In this document: piece after piece, positions 39,381 through 50,735 of the stretch
How positions within the stretch are numbered: position 1 is the first letter of the stretch
How the letters are laid out: each line of letters opens with the position of its first letter
Assembly (NCBI GenBank): GCA_002633005.1
Contig: NMRA01000023.1
Coordinates: 546,621 to 610,620, forward strand
Direction of reading: 5' to 3'
Length of the DNA: 64,000 nt
Source: Phoronis australis
Lineage: Eukaryota; Animalia; Phoronida
Notes under the pieces: generated by a model
What the model was told of the DNA's origin: nothing
Databases searched by the model: none
Seen by the model: only the letters and a program-made list of their open reading frames with translations
Made by a program: the position numbers and the translations under genes

Positions 39381-40081
39381 GGCCTTTAACACAAACTCCG
39401 AAGCTTCCATGTTGCCGAAGCTTCGGTGAATGCAAGCACTTAACTTCTGTCTTACTCTTGAATCGAAGTTAACAACGCAAGTGAACTCCAAAGTAAAGAG
39501 GTGGATTTAACAGCGAAGCGTCGACAATTCACTTCAATGGGAACACTTAACGTCGATGCCATCAGAGTTATCAGCAAGGGTCACTGCCTGCGTTTGCCAA
39601 CAGCGGGCAGTGACTGGTTACTATTTGTGAACATTTTGTTCTAATAATTATTATTTTGGTGGTATAAGCAGTATGTTTCAATTGATCCGGGTGTTTTATG
39701 TATTCTTTACATTAAAAAAATCACTGAGCCTGTACTGTACACAAAACGAGTTCCCGCTTCGCCATACCCGCCTATGCTTATGTCAGCTGTTAGCCTGCTC
39801 AAGAGTAAAATTTTTCAATGAGTCATTTTCTAGTACATTGCCATCGTCCCAACGTGGCAACCGCTGGCTGCCTTGTCAAGTTGACGCTATAGTTTTCCAT
39901 CTGGGAAGAGGTCCTTACCATTTTTGATGGCAAGCACTGCCAAAAACAGCAAGGCCTTGCGAGAACTTCGCGGAACTATAACTCTGAATTTGATGGGAAC
40001 ACTCACACTTAACTTCACCGTTAACCAAAGCTAACTTCGAAGCTATGGTGGTAGCGAATTTAACTGTTTGGGGAAAATGCC
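39381..40081. mobile_element. Old MITE related to 48225-48465 and 49752-50611
   Basis: Imperfect TIR ggcctttaacacaaac / gtttggggaaaatgcc. Segment 39410-39670 is the reverse complement of 48225-48465. Confidence 0.55.
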
Positions 40082-43069
40082 TTATGACAGCTAACTCCCA
40101 TAAACCATAGTTTTTGAGATACATTATTGTCAAAACATGAGCCAGTGTATCATCTTATTAATTTTAATGCTGTCCATGTAGGTGTCTTTAGGTCTGTTCA
40201 AAGGATGCCTCAAACAGGCCAACTGCCAACAGTCATTAAGTGGAAATGCTATCAAGAGCTATTTTATCTGGTCCATCATGGTTCCAGTAATTGCCAGCAC
40301 AGCTGATGGTTGACTCAAACTGCACTACTATCACTAAGGCCCAGCACTTGTAGAATAGCAATCATGGAGTATTCAGCACAGCCTCCTTGTTACCTGGACC
40401 ATGAGCAACAAAAATTACTTAGACTCAGCTTGAAAATTTACCAATCATAAAAAGTTAAAGTTTACACGAAGCGTGTCACACATTGGGTCAATTTTCCAGT
40501 CACATCTCAAATAAAATCTGATGGTCACAGGCCCTGGTCCATTTGTACACACAAGCAGCCACCAGCAAGGCACCTTTTCATAACTGAAAAAGAAATCTTA
40601 CGTCAAGTGCACCAATTCATCTGTTGAGTATTGAGACACAGAATCAACAAAAGAACTTTTTTGGTGAAAGCTGGGGCCTGGGGTGTGATGGTGCGTCCAG
40701 AAAGACTAGTTGCTGAGAGACTGGAAGTATCGCAAAAGTGAAACTCAAAATCTTGAAAGGATTTTGCAAGTAAACTTGTGATCTTCCGAGTATTGCATGC
40801 ACTGGCAAAATCGCCACCACAAAAACTGAGTAGATGGCAACAATAGAATATTGTAAGACAACTGCTGAAATTATATGAGAGCTCAGTTTTGTTAAAATAG
40901 CCCCTGCAAAGCTTGGGTATTGGACTGGAAGTAATTTGGTAGTTATTATGATTCAACTATTGGACTCCCCCCTACAACAACTGTACTGTACTACTACCGG
41001 AATCATCCAAGTTAACAGCCACGTCCAGCCTAACGCCCATCCCCCAATTTTCCCCTTTCAACATTCAAGCTCGACTTTCGACTCATCCGCCAAATTATAC
41101 AAATCGACACTTACTTGAAAGCACCTCTTTTTAAGAGAGCTCGTCTTGTGCGAATTTTAGCTTCCAAAACCTTTGAAACATGTTTAAAAACCTTTGAATA
41201 ACAAATAGTCAAGTGTTCAGTGGTGACATGCCTAATTTTGACAGGAAAATACCAGCATATTCTATTCGACATTAGCAAGTGAGTGTGGCGTAAATTTATC
41301 CAATATGCGTTGAATCTGTCGAGGGAAATACGGCCATGTAATAATGTTTTCGTATTCACTTCCGAAAATAGCTTAAAGTAATACAATTGTAACAGTGTAA
41401 ATACCACTCAACATGCAACCAGGTCTCAATCGTAACATCTGGAACACGACTGTTAATTATACGACAGTTCTGTCTCATTTTTCAATTTCTATATATTATA
41501 TCATCTGCAACTCAGGCACCGATTCCTCGCCAATATCAAACATTGTTGTCACTGGCCATGACAGCACCCGATACTTACGGTGACAGTGATTACACGAGCA
41601 GCAACGACGACCGTCCCAGCAACACGTGAACCTATCCATGCTACAGAATCCGTAGCCAGCCAGCTAGCTGTATCAACAGACTGTCGTATATTTAGTATAC
41701 AGCTTTGTACCAAGGCTACAGAATCCGTAGAAATGCGATAACCTACATACAACAACGCTACAACAGACGTATTCGCCAGAGCTGTCATCAACGGTGGCAC
41801 TTATAACATCTTCGTGAAAGCAGACAACGTGTAGGCTACGCGCTCCGGTCAATGACCTAGTTTCTTGAACGAGTGCAGCTACTCAATGAGGATTTTACAG
41901 TGTTAAAAATTTTCTTGTTATTTATTTATTTTTGAAATATGATACAGTTCAATGCACGATAACTGTCGTTTTCACACTTTTTATCAATTTCAAGTAATAA
42001 ACCGTTACATTTAAAACTGTTTTCTTTTACTATAGTAAGTTAACAACAGAACGCGCACATACATACACAACAGGTTGTAAACAGTCAGGGTGAAGTATTT
42101 ATAAAATGCCAAAAGAAAACAAAAGAAACTCATGAATTCGATGCGTATGGGATAAATACAAATTCGGTCGAGGTCGACACGCGAAATAATGTCGAGTGGG
42201 ATATTATTTCATGTACGCCACCCTCGGTACATTCTGCGTAAGTAGCTCCCCAAATTGACCATAACGCCCCCACAACAGAATTTTCAGGAGATTTTTACAC
42301 ATACATGCTTAGCCTAAGGCCTACACTATAACTTCTGAGTCGGTATCTAAGCACCCTAGGCTGACCTAGTGATGCATGGTATCTGACAAACAAGACTGAT
42401 GGCCAATAAACAAAGAAAGTGACCAGACTGCTAATGACTAATGACTGTTTTCATATTATGCTTAAGCTATTAATAACAATAAGTACTCAAACAGCAGGTC
42501 TTCCTGGTTTTCCCAGTCAACACTGAGGAGTTGCATAAACACAGCATAGACTAGCCATGAAGGTGATAGAGGAATTCTTTCTGTGCAAGCTATAGTGCTT
42601 GAACAGGGAGTTCGTGCTGTGCAGCAAAAGAGAAAAACGATTTGCTGCTCAGCACTGCCTGTTCTAGAGAGGACATTTGGCACAGCAAGGGATATTGATG
42701 AACAAATGTGACTAAGTATGTTGTTCATAAAGAAAAAAAAACAACATTGGAACCAATAAAGACCTTCACTGCACTCTATAAATCTCAAGGGAACTTGCAG
42801 CAAAAAACTTATGGAAAGAAAAGCTTAATTCAATCCCACAAATCAACATTCTAACCTCACCGACTCAGTGGCTGTTATTTTACAAGGATAGGCTGGTAAG
42901 CTTCTGAGCATACTTGCAAAACACTCGCTTTTCACTCATCCTTGAGAAGACTCGTGAGATCTTGTTTTTCTCTCAACAAAATAGGTCTACACAACCTTTG
43001 CCTTACAAATTGGCCACACGCGAGTTTTCAACTGAGCAACACTGTCATGACACAAATCACCAAGATGTT

Positions 43070-43667
43070 CAGGGCTCAACAGTTAGCTCGACGCCACCTT
43101 GCCAAAATCGCATTTAGCGAAAATCTCAGGATGCCAGATGAAATCTGAGGTTGCCGAAACTGATGCTGAAATTGTTTCACCAAAAACACAACCCCAAAAA
43201 CGTCATGTCGCACTCCGTTCTCAAAGTATTTACGCATACCGTTTCCATTTCTCCCCGTTAACAACATACACCATTCAATTCAATTTCTTCCGCCAACGAA
43301 AAACGCAGATGATCACATACACTGGAAACGTGTTTCATGGTATGATCCTGTCTGAATTTTGCCGGACATCTCCGATTTCCATCTGTTTACTTTCTGTTAT
43401 AATTTGATCGCGTTTGATGTGTGCTGACTGCTCAGGGTGGCAAAAGCACCGACTCCATGAAGTAAGTGGAACAATTGTGAACCAAACGTATTGAATCTAA
43501 GAAAACTGTTAGTCGTTTAAAGTTTGGAAGTCATCGCAAATATTAAAAACGAATTTCAGTGAATTAATTGTCTAACTTTGATACTCACTTTGGCAACTTC
43601 GGATTTTTCGCAAGTCGCCAAACATAATCTGAAGTCGCATTGGTGACCTACAGGTGGGAAGCCCGAA
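43070..43667. mobile_element. Dispersed repeat (putative old hAT-like MITE); its inverted paralogue at 50627-50735 + 52937-53180 is split by the HINE
   Basis: The reverse complement of 43330-43650 aligns to 50645-50735 joined to 52937-53180. Left end cagggctcaac. Confidence 0.65.
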
Positions 43668-45229
43668 GGTCATAACAATCTTAGATAGTGTGCAGCATAG
43701 GTATAATGAAGTAAGCAAAAGCAAGACAGATTTATCACTTTGCTGTTCGTCTCAGAAACGGCCAATAGGGTAAGAGATTACATCATGGCCAAGTGTTGTT
43801 ATTCTACTACAAGTTCAGAAACAAACCCAAGCTACATGTGCAGAAACAAACCCAAGCTACATGTGCAGACACCACCTACAGAAATAATGACACTTTATAT
43901 TGGCTAGCCACAACACTGATTGTGGAGGCATACTGTTTGATTGGGGAGGATCATGGACCTTCCAATTATAGGTCACACAGTAAGCTGTAGGTGAACACAA
44001 AAAGCCTTAGCCCTCAGGTCTCAAGAATGTTTGTTAATGCAACACATCTACACATAATAGCATGCTGAAGGAAACAACAAACCAAACACCATAGACAGAA
44101 GCTATCCAGGAATATCTCCAATAGTGTTGCAACAAACTCACTGTAGAAACATGATGATATTGCAAAACTAAAAAATAGTCAAAAGCCCCTTTCATGCAAG
44201 TCGTTTTTGTGTAATCTTTTCAAAAAATTTAAACAAATGTTGAATAAGTCAAAGCAACAAAGGTTTCAAAGGAAATGAGTTGAAATAGCAAAACCAGAAA
44301 GGTTCAAGGTTTTCAAATAAAGCCTTGGTGTTTTCACACTTTTCATCAGTAACAGGCAGCTAGTGATGTGACAAATGCCAACAGACACTTGCAAGCAGGA
44401 ATGTTGATGATCTTCCTACATGCTTAGCTGAGCATTCTACAAATATGTTGACCCACACAGGAGTTAAAACAGGGCCGACTATCTTCCTCAATCATCGCCC
44501 CCACAAGGGCGCACTAATCAGGTGTTTGCCCTACCAAGTACTTGTGTCCATGAAAATGTCTCCAGCTGGTTTTTGAACATGTGAATAGAATTGCCCATCC
44601 CTTCTGTTTAACAGAGGATACTAAATGGATTGCTAAATTATAAGTGACTGTTCACAATGCCTTCAGTCTTTCTATTAATCCTGGTTACCCAGAAAACACA
44701 TTGCGCGGAATTTCTGCGCCTCCACCCTCTCTACACAGTGTTGATAATCTCCAACCCCACTGGCAACTTCTGCTGTTTCAGGAAGATTTCAACTTCATCT
44801 TTTTAGCTGACAACATTGCTGGTCTGAAATAGGCTGGAAGATCCTGCAGAGGTCAAACACATGTTTACTTGTTCCCCTATTGAAGTTATCAACAAGCTCT
44901 TCTCATTCTCTCTGAGCACTTTTAAATTGACCAATGTGTTTATTTATGTTCGCCACACTATTAATCAGCTCTATGATATGGGGAAAAACAGCCATAATGT
45001 GAAAACAGGTTCCTCATTATCTGACAGAACCTTCAGTGGCCCGTGGCATTTGTCTTGTCTGGTGATTCTAGAGTATTAATAACCCAGAACAAGACAACTC
45101 ATAGACTTCAAACTCCACCTCAATTACAGTCAAGTGAATGAAGGATAGCCTCTTTCATTAGATACAGCAATGACATGAAAAATGCCTTGTCACTAGGGAA
45201 GTTGGTAGACAGCATTCCGCATTCTTCTT

Positions 45230-45410
45230 TGGATTTAATGCCATAAGATAACATTTTATAAAGATTCATTTTGAAACACTGCCAGACATCTCAACAAAAA
45301 TATTGAGTTAGGAATTACTTATACTAATTAAAAAAGTCAAATTGTTATCGGAGTAATATGTCAATGACAGAGGTCGTTTGCATTAGCTTTATCCCATGTA
45401 CACCGCCATC
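45230..45410 (-). mobile_element. Possible highly decayed L1/Tx1-type reverse transcriptase remnant
   Basis: Frameshifted peptides GVHGIKL / YSDNNLTFL / LNIFVEMSG / KMNLYKC recall GIKI..YADD..LFL...F...SGL.IN..K. Confidence 0.3.
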
Positions 45411-45519
45411 AGTAAGTCACCATGAAAATGCACGAGTTCTACTCTCTAGTCATCTTACATTTTGACTCGTAGCCCCAAGTTCCACCAAAAAGTCTGGTCT
45501 ACAAAAGCAAGGACACAAA

Positions 45520-45786
45520 GGTAGTAGCCAGTGGCAGGTTATCTCGTAGGCACCAAAATCACCAATCAACGGAACTTATGGAGAGCTAAAGTACAGCGTC
45601 AGAAATCGATCTCACATTATATCCAGGTCCTCAGTCATTCCGTAGCCTACATGCACCAGTAAGACCGAGCTCAGAGGTGTAGGAAAAACCTTTGTGCAGA
45701 GCTCGAATGTCTGCCAGAAAGACCGCGATTCGAACCCGGGTCTCCCTTATGGGAGTCCGGAACTCAAACCACTGAGCCATTGTCTC
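45520..45786 (-). mobile_element. tRNA-derived SINE (tRNA-like head 45717-45786; distal boundary approximate)
   Basis: Minus strand GAGACAA-TGGCTCAGTGG (A box)...GGGTTCGAATC (B box) with correct spacing. The cloverleaf is imperfect, so it is not a functional tRNA. Confidence 0.7.
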
Positions 45787-47815
45787 TTAGGGCATTAACC
45801 AGAACGTGAGACCAAAATAAAAACATGACATTTTTTCTGGATTCATGTTTAGCCACCCAATAAATTGACAGTGGGTTTGCGACAAGAATCAGTAAACTCC
45901 AAATATGTCAAGTGCTTTACCATGGGGCTGGCTGACTAGTAGCGATAAGTGTTTTAACACATTGGAATATTTCAGGTTCTTAAGATCTGCAATCCCAAAT
46001 CTGGAGTGTCAAATTAAAGAACACAGGGCATGTTAAAAGTATTCTTTTGGATTCAGAGGATTTTTAGGAATAAAATAGTGGAGGTTTTGCTACAACAGTA
46101 TTTAAGACAATGGACAATGAATTCAAATGGTGTGCTGTGTCAAAAATTCAAATGTAAAATGCGTATTTCATTTCGTAAGAACGAAAGTATTCATAATAAT
46201 TGCATTCTGCGCCAGAATGCTTGCATACTAGTCATTCAAAGATGGAAATTGTGCAAGCAGTTTTCTTTTTCAATTCATAATTGCTCCCAAACCCAATCTT
46301 GGATTGACAAACCACACAGGCAATGATCAGTAATCAACACAAGCGCCTGTTCTCAAAAAATCCTTCAATTTGGGACATAACATGACAGAAAAGTGGAATT
46401 TCACATTGCAAAAATTTTCATTGCAAGCAAAGTTTAAAAGGTTAACAAGATTTGTACTAAACAACTCCTTTCACACATCTGGAGCATATTTGTAAAAGCA
46501 TGGGAAGCCTTTAAAAACAAGTACCTTGGACAAGAGTAATCAGTGATGTTACAAAATGAACAATTTGTAGACTGCTGACACACTTGTGAGCAAGCATCTG
46601 TTTCCAGAATGCACTGCTTTCACACTGGTTAAGAAATGAGATCTATTCCTGGAGGAGCTTGCATGCATGCAAACGACCAAGCCTTGTTCTTCATATTTCC
46701 AAGAGTGACAGAGGATTTGCGTTTGGAACATGTAGTTCAGAAGTTTTTATCAGACGGTAGAACTTTCATGAATATTCAAATGAGTCTGGATAACACCGTG
46801 ACTCACTAGTTATGTGCCCTGGAAATGCCCAGCTCCTGCTTACGTTGCCAGTTAAAAACAGATGTCTAAATGCGTACGTACCAGCAAAAGACCGATAATC
46901 GAAGATCCATAGTGCGAATGCATCATAGACTAGGCCTTCAGAGACGCCAAGATTTGACATTTCTCAGTTCTATCTGACCTGTGCAAGTTTTACTGTCTGT
47001 ATAATGGGACTAACAAGTAACATTTTGGGTTAAGCACTATTACGTTCTTATGTGGCCAGTCTGCTATAAACTTCCAAGTTCACTGGTACTGCTGTGACCC
47101 ATCATGTCAGAATACAGGTCGCTGTCAATCAAGTGTGGACTGAGCCATCACCAGAGGCACAGGTGTGAACTATTGAGTTTCATAATTATCAATAACCATG
47201 AATTACTGGTCAACAAGTACGAAAATTTTCTTCAAAAATATAAGAACACAATGTGGTAGAACAGTAAAATTTTATTAAAATTTTCAACAAGTGATCAGAG
47301 GATAAGTTTTACTTCATTATTTGAAAATCCTGTATTGTACAACTGTCACAGTACAAGTTTGAGTATTTTTCTCAATACAGTGAGCATTTGAAATTCGGCT
47401 ACAATTTTTGTTCGTATTTGAAAAAACTTTACAATATACAAGATGAAAGGGTCAGTTCATGTGAAATTTCAAACTAGCACAAATCAAGTTTGCGGTGAGA
47501 AACTAGGCTCAGAAACAATCAATGAACTCCACTCTGCACACAGATTAACCATATAAAATGGACATCTTACTCGGCATACTGAACACTCAAAATCAATCTC
47601 CATTCAAAGATGATGTTGTACGTGGCATTACTACACACTGACTGTCAGCCTTGCAGCATTACAGTTATAACCAATCACACTTTGTTCCTTTCCAAAGCAA
47701 CATGGAGGTGTTCTTATCCATGGTTTGAATTGAAATTGGTTCCATTAAATGCCTGGACTACCCTTGCAGCCATATATTGCCTTGGCCACTGAAACTAACC
47801 TGCTGAGACAAGCTA

Positions 47816-48210
47816 CTGAATATGGGCCCAGTTTGATACCTATCAGTTCTTATCAACTGAATATGGGCCCAGTTTGATACTTGTCAGTTCTTATTGACTG
47901 AATATGGACCCAGTTTGATACCTACCAGTTCTTATCAACTGGACATGAGCCCAGTTTGATACCTCTCAGCTCTTACCAACAGAATATGGGCCCAGTTTGA
48001 AACCTATCAGTTCTTATCAACTGAATGTGGTTCCAGTTTGATACCTATAAGTTCTTATCAACTGAACATGGGCCCAGTTTGATACCTACTAGTTCTTATC
48101 AACTGGACATGAACCCAGTTTGATACCTCTCAGTTCTTACCAACAGAATATGGGCCCAGTTTGAAAAATACCAGTTCTTATCAACTGAATATGGGTCCAG
48201 TTTGATACCT
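47816..48210. repeat. 41-bp tandem repeat, ~9.6 copies
   Basis: ctgaatatgggcccagtttgatacctatcagttcttatcaa units, contiguous, no spacers. Confidence 0.97.
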
Positions 48211-48224
48211 AATTGAAACAAAAT

Positions 48225-48465
48225 GTTTAACCGCCAAAATAATAATTATTAGTACAAAATATTAACAAATAGCAACCAGTCATCACCCGCCGTTGGCAAA
48301 CGCAGGCAGTGACTCCTACCCAAATTCCGATGGCATCGAAGTCAAGTGTTCCCATTGTAGAAGTCAAGTGTTCCCATTGTAGCGAAGCGGGCACGCTGCC
48401 AAATTAACCTCTTTACTTCGAAGTGAACTTGTGATTCAAGACCGACAACCAAAGCTTCGGCAAAA
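48225..48465. mobile_element. Inverted partial copy of the 39381-40081 repeat
   Basis: ccaaaataataattattag...gttggcaaacgcaggcagtgac...gatggcatcga...aagtgttcccattg matches the reverse complement of 39410-39670. Confidence 0.75.
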
Positions 48466-49751
48466 CCGATTACACAAGCAGTGGACGCTTAAACCAAAAT
48501 TGGCAAAAGTTGGGCATGGGCGATTACTGAACCAGTCGCTCCTTACGTCCAAATTTTAGCCAACTGGGCAAGCACGCGGAGGGTTCATTTATGCATGGAA
48601 CTTGTAAGTTTGGTCAATCAGCAGAACCCGACAACCACAAAGTTTCTCACGGCTCAAACAGAAACAGGATTTCGACTTTGAAAGGGTGATTTCTCGAGAC
48701 CGTTGCTAAAAACTCAGATGTTTTCAAATACGGTATATCATAGCGCACTGCAAAATGTCATACCTGAAACTTTATGAAACTTGAATGGCAGTCCACTTAC
48801 CATATCAGCAAGTACTGTTTCAGATCAGTAAACGTTTACCCAATTAAAACACAGACAGATTCCTTCCCAGCACAACCCAAACTTTGCAACTGCAAGAAGG
48901 GTGTCTGATTCAAATTTGGGTCGACCAGGGATATAGATCTAGCAAAATCACGTGCTCCGTGCGTGCAACTTGTACGCGCAAATAACTTCACAGTCCGATC
49001 AAGATCATTACTGAAGAATGACCAGGTCTATAAAAATCTACGGAGTTGGCCTATATTAATTTAACAAAAGACCAGTTCACACGTTTAAGAAAAGGTAGTT
49101 GCAGCGCTTAATTTATTCCACGAATGCCAGCTAAAAAATGCACTTTTTGAGACTATTGTACATAAGCATGCAATGCTTGTTGCAAACACGGAAGTCTGAG
49201 GCCGAGGCAAAGCTGCAGACAAAAGCACAAGTTCAAGCTCAAATTTTGTTAGCGGTAAGTTGGGGATGAGCGATTACCCCGAGTAGCTGAAATCTGCACA
49301 AAGTTGGAGATGGACGGTTCAACCCAAGCAGTGAGTGCTTGCGACAAAAGTCGGGCAGGTAGGCGATTACCCGAGCATGGGCACTAAGCTGCAAGTTCAT
49401 GGTAGACATCCACCAGTTCAGTGACTAGATCACAGTGAAGTTTGATGAATGCTAACACCACAAACGACCTCGCAGCATTTTTAAGGCATAAAAAAGGACA
49501 GGTGAATCACAATAATACATGAAAGCCTAACAGAACTGACAACTGCAAACCTCAACAAGAGCCATCAATTGCAGACTACTGTCAGACTGTTTACCTTGGA
49601 CAGCCCATCAGGACTATCAACAGCAGTTAACACTTTATCCATACTCAGGAGCAGTTGTACTACAACAGATATGTAACCATAACACCTTGTAACAGAGCTC
49701 ATATCATCCTACATCCAAACACAGATACTATAAACTGCTTTGGTGCCAAAA

Positions 49752-50611
49752 GGCCTTTTCTTAGTGACTTAACTCCCGGTCTGAGGAGAGCGTCGACGTA
49801 AACCGCGAAGTTAACTAAACCGTTCATAGTGGCTTCGGTAGTTAACAGACATCGAAGTAAACATTAGGTGACGCTGATGCCATCGAAGTAATCACTAGAT
49901 AGCGCTGGACGCTAAGGTTTTTTAAATGTGACAATTTGGGAACATTTACGTGTGCTAACAGACATAAAACTTACTGTTAATTCGATTATTTGAGCAAAAT
50001 GTTCTATTAGTGACTACCTTGTACCTTGTATCTTGTACCTAGGCATGGTCCATCCACTGCAGGATGTAGCCCTCCGACAATGCCTTCCAATTTGTTTTGT
50101 CTCTTGACGCTCTCATCCATGTTGTGCCTCTCGTCTTCACGATGTCATCTCTCCATCTGGCTTGGGGCCGGCCTCTTGATCTCTTTCCATATCTGGGTTG
50201 CCACTCTGTGCATCTTTTTGTCCATCTGTTGTCCTGTGCTCTTGACACGTGTCTGCCCCACCTCCATTTCAATTTCAGAATTGTCTTGATTATGTCTAAG
50301 ACTCCTCTTTGTTCCCTTATCTCTGTGTGTGGAATCCCGTCTAGTAACTTTATTCCAAGCATTTTTCTCTCTATTGCCCTCTTACAGTACCCTTGAATTG
50401 TTGACAATAACAGTGGCACCTGGCGATAACTTCGATGGGACCGAAGTTTCACGTTCACACTGCACCGCAGTGTAGGTGCTAAGCTCTTAAATCCACCAGT
50501 TTACAGCAAAGTTAAGTGGCGCTGTTAACTTCGGTCCAGGACCGAAGTTAAGCGTTCATACTGACAGCAACTGCCCAAAACATTGATGCATCAACGTTAG
50601 TATAAAAGGCC
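49752..50611. mobile_element. Old MITE (ggcctttt termini, Harbinger-like) hosting the RTE insertion
   Basis: Termini ggccttttcttagtgac / gttagtataaaaggcc, with internal gaagttaa/ttaacttc motifs on both sides of the LINE fragment. Confidence 0.5.
50016..50382 (-). mobile_element. 5'-truncated RTE-clade LINE, 3' end
   Basis: RAIERKMLGI...LKWRWGRHVSR..DNRWTK...W.P....RSRGRP..RW.DDI is the C-terminus typical of RTE ORFs. The stop is followed directly by a 7-bp tandem tail (gtacaag)3. Confidence 0.9.
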
Positions 50612-50735
50612 CTAAACACAACCAATGCTCGGCTTGACCTGCACCTCACCAATGCGCCTTGAGGTTGTGTCTGGCGAACTGGAAGAAATCCCAAGTCACC
50701 ACGAAGTCGCCCAAGCAAGTATCAACATTTATACA

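Noticed and set aside
45717-45786. Functional tRNA gene
   Set aside because: A and B boxes are present, but the acceptor and anticodon stems pair poorly; better explained as a SINE head.
47816-48210. CRISPR-like array
   Set aside because: Units are contiguous with no unique spacers, the context is a eukaryotic intron and there are no cas genes.
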